Below are positions 17,278 through 25,674 of a stretch of 64,000 bases of DNA, piece by piece. The position numbers were made by a program, and so were the translations under genes. Every line of letters begins with the position of its first letter. Position 1 is the first letter of the stretch. The notes under the pieces were generated by a model. It did not search any database. It saw only the letters and a list, made by a program, of their open reading frames with translations, and had not been told where the DNA came from. Origin of the DNA: Candidatus Omnitrophota bacterium (lineage in GTDB: Bacteria; Omnitrophota; Gorgyraeia; Ghiorseimicrobiales; Ghiorseimicrobiaceae); contig JAUXSB010000055.1 of NCBI GenBank assembly GCA_030681595.1, forward strand, positions 364 through 64,363, read 5' to 3'.

Positions 17278-18775
17278 AGGGAAAGTTTATTTAGTCGGGG
17301 CAGGGCCAGGGGATTATAAGTTAGCGACGCTTAGGGCGCTTGAGCTGATTAAGCGTGCTGATTGTATTGTTTATGATTATCTGGCAAATACAGCCTTACT
17401 TAAATCCGCGGATAAGGGTTGTAAGATTATTTATGTCGGTAAAAAGGGTGGCGCGCATACTTTGCCCCAAGGTAAGATAAATAGGCTTCTGATAGCTTCT
17501 GCCAAAAAATATAAAACTGTTGTGCGGCTTAAAGGCGGAGACCCGTTTATCTTTGGCAGGGGTGGAGAAGAAGCACTTTTTTTAAGAAAACACAAAATTA
17601 ATTTTGAGATTGTCCCGGGAGTTACGAGTGCAATCGCGGTAGCAAGCTATGCCGGAATTCCTTTAACCGAGCGCGCGTATAATTCCAGCGTTGGTTTCAT
17701 TACCGGCCACGAAGACCCGACAAAAAAAGAATCAAATATTGATTGGCAGGCATTGGCGCGCGGCTTAGGCACTTTGGTATTTTTAATGGGGGTGGGAAAT
17801 TTAGCATCAATTTCCAAGAAATTGCTTGCGGCGGGAAAACCTAAAAATACGCCTGTTGCGGTGATTCGCTGGGGTACAACCGCAAGGCAAAAAACAGTAA
17901 TTGGAAATTTAGGCAATATCGCGGAGGTTGCCCGTAAAAATAAAATAACCCCTCCTTCAATAATCGTAGTAGGTGAAGTCGTGGATTTACGCAAACAATT
18001 AAATTGGTTTGAAACAAAGCCGCTTTTTGGGCGAAGGATAATTGTAACCCGTACAAGGGAACAGGCAAGTAAATTATCGGAAAAGTTAGAAGATCTAGGT
18101 GGCAGCGTAATTGAGGCGCCGGCAATTAAGATTGTATCTATAGGCGCGGATAAAGAGGTAAGAGAATCCTTGGAAGAAAAGCCGGACTGGATATTTTTTA
18201 CCAGCCAGAACGGCGTAGCTGAATTTGCGCAAATTTTACAAAGGAATAAAAAAGATGCGCGTATATTAAATACGGCTAAGGTTTGCGCTATTGGCTCTGA
18301 AACTGCCAAGAGTTTAAGAGGGATCGGTATAAATGCCGATTACGTCCCGTCACAATATTATGCCGAGGCAATAATTAAGCATTTTGACAGCCTTGAATTT
18401 AAGAATAACTCCGCTCTTATATTGCGGGCAAAGAAGGCGCGCAATGTCCTAGCGCAAGGTTTACGCGATATAGGTATGCCGGTTAAAGTAATTGATCTTT
18501 ATGATACTCTTATTGACGATCAGACAAAGTTATTAGTAAAAGAGGCATTTAAGGAAAAAATAGATTGGGTTACTTTTACCAGTTCATCCACGGTTGAGAA
18601 TTTTATTAAATTATTGGGGAAGGGTTATCAAAAGAGTCTTTCCGGCATAAAACTTGCCTCAATCGGGCCGATTACTTCACAAACACTGCGAAAATTCGGC
18701 TTAAAACCTCATGTCGAGGCAAAGGTTTATACGATTGAAGGATTGGTTGATGCGATTATACGGAATAAACTTTAG
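17270..18775 (+). CDS. Bifunctional uroporphyrinogen-III C-methyltransferase / uroporphyrinogen-III synthase (CobA-HemD fusion).
   Basis: N-terminal SUMT motifs 'VYLVGAGPGD' and 'VVRLKGGDPFIFGRGGEE'. The C-terminal ~240 aa have a HemD-like duplicated fold. 501 aa. Confidence 0.8.
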   Translation: MLKGKVYLVGAGPGDYKLATLRALELIKRADCIVYDYLANTALLKSADKGCKIIYVGKKGGAHTLPQGKINRLLIASAKKYKTVVRLKGGDPFIFGRGGEEALFLRKHKINFEIVPGVTSAIAVASYAGIPLTERAYNSSVGFITGHEDPTKKESNIDWQALARGLGTLVFLMGVGNLASISKKLLAAGKPKNTPVAVIRWGTTARQKTVIGNLGNIAEVARKNKITPPSIIVVGEVVDLRKQLNWFETKPLFGRRIIVTRTREQASKLSEKLEDLGGSVIEAPAIKIVSIGADKEVRESLEEKPDWIFFTSQNGVAEFAQILQRNKKDARILNTAKVCAIGSETAKSLRGIGINADYVPSQYYAEAIIKHFDSLEFKNNSALILRAKKARNVLAQGLRDIGMPVKVIDLYDTLIDDQTKLLVKEAFKEKIDWVTFTSSSTVENFIKLLGKGYQKSLSGIKLASIGPITSQTLRKFGLKPHVEAKVYTIEGLVDAIIRNKL

Positions 18776-18971
18776 GATATTGTTCTCGGCGCTGAAAACT
18801 TTCGCCGAACGCTACGGTTTACGGCTTGTTCATTTGACGAAATTCCCTTCGGTCAGTTTCGTCATTCGGGGCACCCATCTGAAATGATGGGTCGCGTAAC
18901 TCCTTGTGTACATTTGCCGAAAGTTTTCTAATGCGCTTCGAACGAATCCTAAAATTTATTCATAAAAAACT
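18776..18971. repeat. ~195-bp structured intergenic element, paralogous to 20136-20408 (shared blocks 'gctgaaaactttcgccgaacgctacggtttacggct', 'gaattcccttcggtcagtt', 'catttgccgaaagttttctaatgcgctt').
   Basis: Direct comparison of the two spacers flanking the rSAM gene. Contains 'gccgaaag' hairpin arms related to the 42700/44255/45594 family. Confidence 0.5.
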
Positions 18972-20135
18972 ATGATAAACTGCACTCGTTTACTTTGTGG
19001 AAAATTAGGCCTTCAGGATGAAATCCGTTATAAAAAGGGTAAGCCCGCGGATACCAATAGGCCGATTGTGGTCTGGAATTCTACGCGCCGCTGTAACCTA
19101 AAATGTATTCATTGCTATATTGACGCAAAAAGAACGCAGGATGTGGGTGAGCTTACTAAAGAAGAAGCTAAAGCATTAATTGATGATTTAGCGCAATTTG
19201 GCGCGCCGGTATTTTTATTTTCCGGAGGTGAGCCGTTTATCCGCGAGGATTTGTTTGAATTAGGTAAGCATGCCAAGGATAAAGGCTTGCGCACGGTAAT
19301 TTCGACTAACGGCACATTAATTACCGACGATATGGCAAAAAAAGTAAAAGATGCCGGTTTTTCTTATGTGGGTATTAGTTTAGACGGTTTAGAAGCGACC
19401 AATGATAAATTTCGTGAACAAAAAGGAGCTTTTAAAAAAACTTTGGAAGGTATCAGGAACTGCTTGAAAAACAACGTGCGCGTGGGCCTGCGTTTTACAA
19501 TCAATAAACATAATTTTAAGGATGTTGCCGGCATATTTGATTTAATAGATGGAGAAGGCATTCCGCGCGCCTGTTTTTACCACTTGGTTTATTCGGGGCG
19601 CGGAAGCGAAATGATAAAAGATGACCTGGATCATAAAGAAGCACGTGACGCCATAGATTTAATTTTTGAGCGTTCCCGAAAACTCTGCGCTAAAGATAAA
19701 GACGTGGAAATTTTAACCGTAGATAATCATACGGACGGAGTTTATCTGTATCTAAAATTGAGAAAAGAAGACCCGAAGCGGGCAGAGGAAGTTTTAGAAT
19801 TGCTTAAAATTAACGGCGGCAATAAATCCGGTATTGGGATTGCTGATATAGATAATTTAGGGAATGTTCATCCTGACCAATTTTGGAGAGGTTATACCTT
19901 CGGCAATGTGAAAGAACGTAAGTTTAGCGAGATTTGGATGGATGAGGGCAATGAATTATTGCGTAATTTACGTAACCGCCTGCCGCTTTTAAAGGGAAAA
20001 TGCGGCATCTGCCACTTCCAGGACATCTGCGCCGGAAATTTCCGCGCCCGTGCCGAGGCATTCTACGGTGATACTTGGCAGGAAGACCCGGCGTGTTATT
20101 TGACGAAGGATGAGGTGCTAACTGTTCGGCAATGA
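18972..20135 (+). CDS. Radical SAM / SPASM-domain heme-biosynthesis enzyme of the NirJ family (AhbC/AhbD-type).
   Basis: 'RRCNLKCIHCY' CxxxCxxC. C-terminal Cys cluster 'CGICHFQDICAG'. Located inside the heme cluster. Confidence 0.7.
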   Translation: MINCTRLLCGKLGLQDEIRYKKGKPADTNRPIVVWNSTRRCNLKCIHCYIDAKRTQDVGELTKEEAKALIDDLAQFGAPVFLFSGGEPFIREDLFELGKHAKDKGLRTVISTNGTLITDDMAKKVKDAGFSYVGISLDGLEATNDKFREQKGAFKKTLEGIRNCLKNNVRVGLRFTINKHNFKDVAGIFDLIDGEGIPRACFYHLVYSGRGSEMIKDDLDHKEARDAIDLIFERSRKLCAKDKDVEILTVDNHTDGVYLYLKLRKEDPKRAEEVLELLKINGGNKSGIGIADIDNLGNVHPDQFWRGYTFGNVKERKFSEIWMDEGNELLRNLRNRLPLLKGKCGICHFQDICAGNFRARAEAFYGDTWQEDPACYLTKDEVLTVRQ

Positions 20136-20408
20136 AAGTCTTACGCTCCGCACTGAAATCTTTTGCCGACCGCTACAGTTTATGGCTCGTTCGCTTGCCA
20201 GCCCGATAATGTCGTTCTGGCGGGACGGAATTCCCTTCGGTCAGTTCCGTCGCTCACTCGCTATAAAACTTTGCAGTCATTTGCCAAAAGATTTCTAATG
20301 TGCTTACGCGTAAAACTTTCATTACCTTGCAAAGCATGTTTAGCTAAATCGTAAATTCGCTTCGAAAATACCAGCTTCGTTAAAAGTATTTGGAGAATTT
20401 GATTAAAT
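20136..20408. repeat. ~270-bp structured intergenic element, paralog of 18776-18971.
   Basis: See 18776-18971. Shared sequence blocks in the same order. Confidence 0.5.
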
Positions 20409-21416
20409 ATGTCGTATCCAAAAATAAGAATGAGAGATAGGCGAAAGGATGAGGCGACGCGCAAGCGGTTTCGCGAGACCGCACAAGTGTCGGCAAGTGA
20501 CCTGATCATGCCGGTTTTTGTTAAAGAGGGTATAGTAAAGAGAAAAGAAATCAAGTCAATGCCGGGGATATATCAGTTTCCGTTAAGAGAAGTAGCGGTT
20601 GAGGCAAGGAAGATTTACGATTTAGGTATTCCGGCGGTGATTTTATTCGGTATTCCTAAGTATAAAGATGAAATCGGCTCATCCGCTTATGATGATAACG
20701 GCATAACACAGGAGGCAATCCGCATAATTAAAAAGAAGGTTCCCATGTTAACCGTGATTGCCGATGTTTGTATGTGTGAATATGTCTCCCACGGTCACTG
20801 TGGTGTTATTAAAAAGAAACCAGAAACCAGTAACCAGAAACCAGAATTTGATGTGGACAATGACGAAACGATAAAGATATTAGCAAAAATCGCGGTTTCG
20901 TATGCTAAGGCCGGCGTAGATGTGGTGGCGCCAAGTGCTATGATGGATGGGCAGGTGAAAGCGATAAAAGGGGCATTAGTAAAAAATAATTTTCCAAAAA
21001 TAAAAATTATGTCGTATTCCTCAAAATACGCCTCAAGTTTTTATGGGCCGTTTAGGGATGCGGCAGAATCGCCTCCGCAGTTTGGCGACCGCAAGACTTA
21101 TCAGATGGATTATTATAATAGTGATGAGGCAGTATTAGAGGCAAAATTAGATATTGGCGAAGGTGCTGATATGGTGATGGTAAAGCCCGCTTTGGGGTAC
21201 CAGGATATAATTTACCGCTTAAAGAAAGAGCTTAAATTCCCGCTTGCCTGTTACAGCGTCAGCGGCGAGTACAGCATGATTAAGGCGGCGGCTTGTGCCG
21301 GGTGGCTGGATGAGAAAAAGGTTGTTTTAGAAATGTTAACCGGCTTTAAGCGCGCGGGTGCTGATAAAATAATTACCTATTACGCGAAAGCCGCAGCAAA
21401 ATGGTTTAAAACCTAA
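20409..21416 (+). CDS. hemB: Porphobilinogen synthase (delta-aminolevulinate dehydratase), with a short in-frame insertion made of AACCAGA heptamer repeats.
   Basis: 'CMCEYVSHGHCGV' Zn-site motif and active-site lysine context. Insertion 'KKKPETSNQKPEF' encoded by 'aaaccagaaaccagtaaccagaaaccagaa'. Confidence 0.9.
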   Translation: MSYPKIRMRDRRKDEATRKRFRETAQVSASDLIMPVFVKEGIVKRKEIKSMPGIYQFPLREVAVEARKIYDLGIPAVILFGIPKYKDEIGSSAYDDNGITQEAIRIIKKKVPMLTVIADVCMCEYVSHGHCGVIKKKPETSNQKPEFDVDNDETIKILAKIAVSYAKAGVDVVAPSAMMDGQVKAIKGALVKNNFPKIKIMSYSSKYASSFYGPFRDAAESPPQFGDRKTYQMDYYNSDEAVLEAKLDIGEGADMVMVKPALGYQDIIYRLKKELKFPLACYSVSGEYSMIKAAACAGWLDEKKVVLEMLTGFKRAGADKIITYYAKAAAKWFKT

Positions 21417-21456
21417 TTCCCACCTCCGAGGTGGGAAACGGTTAGAGTATAAATAT

Positions 21457-22500
21457 ATGGATAAGAAAAATGCTGACTTAAGGATGGTGGCGTGGGAGGT
21501 GACGCGCAGTTGCAATTTAGCCTGCGCGCATTGCCGTGCTTCCAGCAAAAAGGGGCCATATCCGAATGAGCTTTCCAAAGAAGAATGTTTCAAGGTTTTA
21601 GATGAAATTTCCGCGTTCGCCAAACCGGTGATAATCTTGACTGGCGGTGAGCCGCTATTAAGAAACGATATTTTTGAGATTGCTGAATATGGAAAAAAGT
21701 GCGGCCTTACAATGGTTATGGCGCCGAATGGGCTATTGCTTACGGATGAAAATATTAAAAAAATCATGGGCTCAGGTATTAAGCGCATATCGGTAAGTTT
21801 AGACGGCCCAGATGCAAAGACGCATGATGATTTAAGGCAGGTTTCGGGCGCATTTGTTGGAGCGGTTGAGGGGATAAAACGCGCAAAAAAAGCAGGATTG
21901 GAATTTCAGATAAATTCTACGATTACTAAACGCAATATCAAATACTTGCCTGACCTGATGAAATTGGCCAAGGATTTAGGGGCGGTGGCGCATCATATAT
22001 TTTTATTAGTGCCCACAGGACGCGGCAAGGAAATGGAGAAAGAGGAATTATCGCCACAGGAATATGAAGAAACGCTTAAATTTTTAGAAAAAGAAAAGAA
22101 AAATTTTCCTCTTCAGATAAAAGTTACCTGTGCTCCGCATTATAACCGGATACTGGCGCAGAATAACCCAGAAATTGGGGTTTCTTTGCGCGGCAGAGGT
22201 TGCATGGGAGGGGTAAGTTTTTGTTTTATTTCGCACGTGGGGGAGCTTTCGCCATGTGGTTATTTGGAGCTTAAATGCGGAAATGTGCGCAAAGAGGGTT
22301 TTAGAAAGGCATGGTTTGAGAGTGAGGTATTTAATAATTTAAGGGATTTTTCCAAGTTTAAAGGAAAATGTGGTATTTGTGAATTCAGGTTTGTTTGTGG
22401 AGGATGCCGTGCCCGCGCCTATGCCAAATACGGGGATTATCTTAGAGATGAACCGTATTGTGTGTATGAACCGAAAACCGCGGAACAACGCGGAAAGTAA
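21457..22500 (+). CDS. Radical SAM / SPASM heme-biosynthesis enzyme of the NirJ family (AhbC/AhbD-type), second copy.
   Basis: 'RSCNLACAHCR' CxxxCxxC. C-terminal 'CGICEFRFVCGGC'. Paralogous to 18972. Confidence 0.7.
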   Translation: MDKKNADLRMVAWEVTRSCNLACAHCRASSKKGPYPNELSKEECFKVLDEISAFAKPVIILTGGEPLLRNDIFEIAEYGKKCGLTMVMAPNGLLLTDENIKKIMGSGIKRISVSLDGPDAKTHDDLRQVSGAFVGAVEGIKRAKKAGLEFQINSTITKRNIKYLPDLMKLAKDLGAVAHHIFLLVPTGRGKEMEKEELSPQEYEETLKFLEKEKKNFPLQIKVTCAPHYNRILAQNNPEIGVSLRGRGCMGGVSFCFISHVGELSPCGYLELKCGNVRKEGFRKAWFESEVFNNLRDFSKFKGKCGICEFRFVCGGCRARAYAKYGDYLRDEPYCVYEPKTAEQRGK

Positions 22501-22523
22501 CGCGGAACAATGCGGAAAAGTAT

Positions 22524-22985
22524 ATGGTCAAAGAAAAACTAACGTTACTGGATAGGCAGATATTGAATAGGTTGCAGGAAGATATTCCGCTTGAGGCATG
22601 GCCGTGGCAAAAGATTGCTAGAGAGCTAAATATTAAAGAGGCAGCGTTTTTAAAACGCGTTGATTTTTTAAAGAAAAAGGGCATAATCCGGAGAATAGCC
22701 GCGACTTTTAATCCTAAAAAGGCTGGTTCTGTTTCAACGTTGGTAGCGGTAAACGCAAGCCCTTTAAAGGCGGATATTATTGCCAAAAGGATAAACGCCT
22801 TTAGCGAAGTAACGCATAATTACCTGCGCGATAACGAATATAATATTTGGTTTACAATTGTTGCACAAAGTAAAGAAAGAATTGCGCAGATCATAAAGAA
22901 GTTGAAACAGGATAAAGATATTGAGAAGATAATTGAACTTCCGGCAAAGCGATTGTTTAAGATAAGTGTAAGTTTTAAAATATAG
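22524..22985 (+). CDS. Siroheme decarboxylase subunit (AhbA/AhbB; Lrp/AsnC-like NirD/NirL family).
   Basis: 153 aa. N-terminal HTH-like 'DRQILNRLQEDIPLEAWPWQKIAREL' plus C-terminal AsnC-type domain. Tandem with a paralog. Confidence 0.65.
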   Translation: MVKEKLTLLDRQILNRLQEDIPLEAWPWQKIARELNIKEAAFLKRVDFLKKKGIIRRIAATFNPKKAGSVSTLVAVNASPLKADIIAKRINAFSEVTHNYLRDNEYNIWFTIVAQSKERIAQIIKKLKQDKDIEKIIELPAKRLFKISVSFKI

Positions 22986-22986
22986 A

Positions 22987-23448
22987 ATGTTATCAGCATT
23001 GGATAAAAAAGTAATCAGCTTAATCTCTCAAGATATCTCTTTAACAGGCAGGCCGTTTAGAGAGATGGCGGATAGGTTAAATATCAGCGAAGCCCAGCTC
23101 TTAGGCCGCATAAATGGCTATAAGAGAAGCGGGCTTTTACGAAAATTTTCCGCGGTGCTTAATCATCGCAAGGCAGGGTTTATTGCCAACGCGATGTGTG
23201 TTTGGAACGTGCCGGAAAAGTCAGTTGCAAGAGCAGGCAGGATAATTACCGGATTTTCCGAGGTCAGTCATTGTTACGAGCGTAAGCGTGCTTTAGGATG
23301 GAATTATAATCTATACGCTATGGTGCACGGGAAAACCAAAGCTGAATGCCTTGGAGCAGCCAAAAAGATATCGCAAAAAATCGGATTTTCTGATTGTAAA
23401 ATTTTATTTTCCTCAAAAGAGTATAAAAAAACAGGGGTAAAGTATTAA
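22987..23448 (+). CDS. Siroheme decarboxylase subunit (AhbA/AhbB), second paralog.
   Basis: 153 aa. 'KKVISLISQDISLTGRPFREMADRL' is the same architecture as 22524. Confidence 0.65.
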   Translation: MLSALDKKVISLISQDISLTGRPFREMADRLNISEAQLLGRINGYKRSGLLRKFSAVLNHRKAGFIANAMCVWNVPEKSVARAGRIITGFSEVSHCYERKRALGWNYNLYAMVHGKTKAECLGAAKKISQKIGFSDCKILFSSKEYKKTGVKY

Positions 23449-23484
23449 TAAAATACCAGGTAGCGGGTAGAGAGAAATATCACG

Positions 23485-24771
23485 ATGAAAAATCGCATAA
23501 AATCAAAACAATATTTTAGCCAAGCGCAAAAGGTTATTCCCGGCGGGGTGAATAGCCCGGTGCGGGCGTTTGGGGCTGTGGGCGGAGAGCCGGTATTTAT
23601 TGCTAGGGGTAAAGGGGCTTATATTTATGATGTGGACGGGAATAAATATATTGATTATGTTTTGTCTTGGGGGCCGATGATTTTGGGGCATGTTGATAGC
23701 AGGGTTATAAAAGAAGTTGCTAAAACTCTGAAAAATGGCACCAGTTTTGGCGCGCCGACTAAAAAGGAAATTGAATTAGCGGAGTTAATTACCGAGATTT
23801 ATCCTTCTATTGAAAAAGTGCGGTTGGTTTCATCTGGCACAGAGGCGGCAATGAGCGCAATCAGGCTTGCCCGGGGGTTTACGGGAAAAGATAAGATAAT
23901 TAAGTTTGAAGGCTGTTATCACGGTCATTTTGACAGCTTATTAGTTAAGGCCGGTTCCGGCCTTGCCACTTTTGGCGTGCCTTCATCAAAGGGCGTAACC
24001 AAAGGTATCGCGCAGGACACTATTGCTTTGCCGTTTAATGATATTGCTAAAGTAAAAGAGGTTATAGAAAAAGAAAAGGATAATCTTGCCTGCGTAATCG
24101 TTGAGCCGATTCCGGCAAATATGGGGGTTATTTTGCCAAAGGGCAATTTTCTGACAACGTTAAGGGAGATTACTAAAAAGTATAATATTGTGTTGATTTT
24201 TGATGAGGTAATTAGCGGTTTTCGTGTTGCTTTGGGCGGGGCGCAGGAAATTTTCGGGATAAAACCGGATTTAACGGTTTTGGGAAAAATTATCGGCGGT
24301 GGGTTTCCGATTGGTGCATTTGGCGGTAGGGCCGACATAATGAATTATCTTTCACCCGAAGGCCCGGTGTATCAGGCAGGTACTTTATCAGGGAATCCTG
24401 TGGCGGTCAGCGCGGGCCTTGCTACCATAAAAGCGCTTACGAAAGAAGGCACCCATGAAAAATTGGATAATATTACGCAAGCGTTAATAGGCGGGCTTAG
24501 TAAAATCATCGTAAAAACTAATCACAAAGCCGTAATCAATCGTATCGGCTCTTTATTTACGATATTTTTTAGTGACAAAAATATAATTTGTGATTATAAT
24601 GATGCTTCATCTTGCGATTTAAAAAAGTTTGCTAAGTTTTTCCAAGGGATGCTTGCGCAGGGGATATATCTAGCGCCGTCGCAATTTGAGGCGAATTTCA
24701 TTTCAGTAAAACACAGCCTGCAGGATATCGTAAAAACTATCAGGTCTGCCGAGCGCGTTTTGACTAAGTAG
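23485..24771 (+). CDS. hemL: Glutamate-1-semialdehyde 2,1-aminomutase.
   Basis: 'IPGGVNSPVRAF' and 'YIDYVLSWGPMILGH'. PLP-lysine region 'VLGKIIGGGFP'. Confidence 0.9.
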   Translation: MKNRIKSKQYFSQAQKVIPGGVNSPVRAFGAVGGEPVFIARGKGAYIYDVDGNKYIDYVLSWGPMILGHVDSRVIKEVAKTLKNGTSFGAPTKKEIELAELITEIYPSIEKVRLVSSGTEAAMSAIRLARGFTGKDKIIKFEGCYHGHFDSLLVKAGSGLATFGVPSSKGVTKGIAQDTIALPFNDIAKVKEVIEKEKDNLACVIVEPIPANMGVILPKGNFLTTLREITKKYNIVLIFDEVISGFRVALGGAQEIFGIKPDLTVLGKIIGGGFPIGAFGGRADIMNYLSPEGPVYQAGTLSGNPVAVSAGLATIKALTKEGTHEKLDNITQALIGGLSKIIVKTNHKAVINRIGSLFTIFFSDKNIICDYNDASSCDLKKFAKFFQGMLAQGIYLAPSQFEANFISVKHSLQDIVKTIRSAERVLTK

Positions 24772-24800
24772 CATGATTAGGGGAGGCGAGAAAAGAAGGA

Positions 24801-25640
24801 ATGAGTAATCTTGTAATCAGCAAGAAAAAGTTCTTTATAGCGATTGGCGTTTTATTTGTGCTCTCGGTAATCATTTTATTTGCGGGTATCAGCGTTTCCG
24901 AAAATCCTAAATTTTGCAATACCTGCCATATAATGAAACCTTATTACAAAGCATGGAAAGATTCAGCTCATAAAAATGTCCATTGCCTGGATTGTCACTA
25001 TGAACCAAATTGGAGATCACATCTAAAAGGTAAGATAAACGGCCTTGTTCAGGTTATTGATTATGTGACCGGGCGCTATTCCGAGCGGGCAGTTGCTAAA
25101 ATAGGCGATGCCTCCTGTTTAAGGGACGGTTGCCATACTAAGGAAAAAATCATAAATACCAAGATTATGTTTAAAGATAAGGTTTCGTTTAACCATGCTA
25201 CGCATTGGCGCGATTTTGATGAAATGGGCAAAGGGGTACACCTAAGATGCACAACTTGTCATTCGTGGTTGACTTATGATAAGCACATATCGGTAGATGA
25301 AAACACCTGTTTCATTTGTCATTTTAAGAATGTGCCTGTGGAAAAGATAACCGAGCAGTGCCAAAGTTGCCATACCGAGGTTGAGAGAATAGCCGGCCAC
25401 AAAGAATATTTAGCGGAGGGGATGCATTGCGCCGAGTGCCATGCTACCATAAAAACTACCAATGCCCCGGTATTACAACAGATGTGTTATTTCTGCCATG
25501 CGGATAGCGAAAAAATACACAAGGCCGATGAAGCAAATAAGGTAAAGAATAGGGAATTCTTGCATCAGAGGCATATTACTCAAAATAATGCCGATTGTAT
25601 TAATTGTCATGAGTTGATAAAACACGGAAAAGAAAATTAA
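24801..25640 (+). CDS. Membrane-anchored multiheme cytochrome c of the NapC/NirT/NrfH family (8-9 heme-binding motifs).
   Basis: N-terminal TM 'FFIAIGVLFVLSVIILFAGI', then CNTCH, CLDCH, an atypical C-x4-CH ('CLRDGCH'), CTTCH, CFICH, CQSCH, CAECH, CYFCH, CINCH. Confidence 0.75.
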   Translation: MSNLVISKKKFFIAIGVLFVLSVIILFAGISVSENPKFCNTCHIMKPYYKAWKDSAHKNVHCLDCHYEPNWRSHLKGKINGLVQVIDYVTGRYSERAVAKIGDASCLRDGCHTKEKIINTKIMFKDKVSFNHATHWRDFDEMGKGVHLRCTTCHSWLTYDKHISVDENTCFICHFKNVPVEKITEQCQSCHTEVERIAGHKEYLAEGMHCAECHATIKTTNAPVLQQMCYFCHADSEKIHKADEANKVKNREFLHQRHITQNNADCINCHELIKHGKEN

Positions 25641-25674
25641 AGCGCATAGAAATTTTACAAGTTTTATCTTTTTT

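Noticed and set aside
21421-21445. 17-nt perfect palindrome 'cccacctccgaggtggg' between hemB and the second rSAM gene, as a possible terminator.
   Set aside because: No downstream U-tract, and only 40 nt separate the co-oriented genes. More likely a minor structural element or coincidence; not called.
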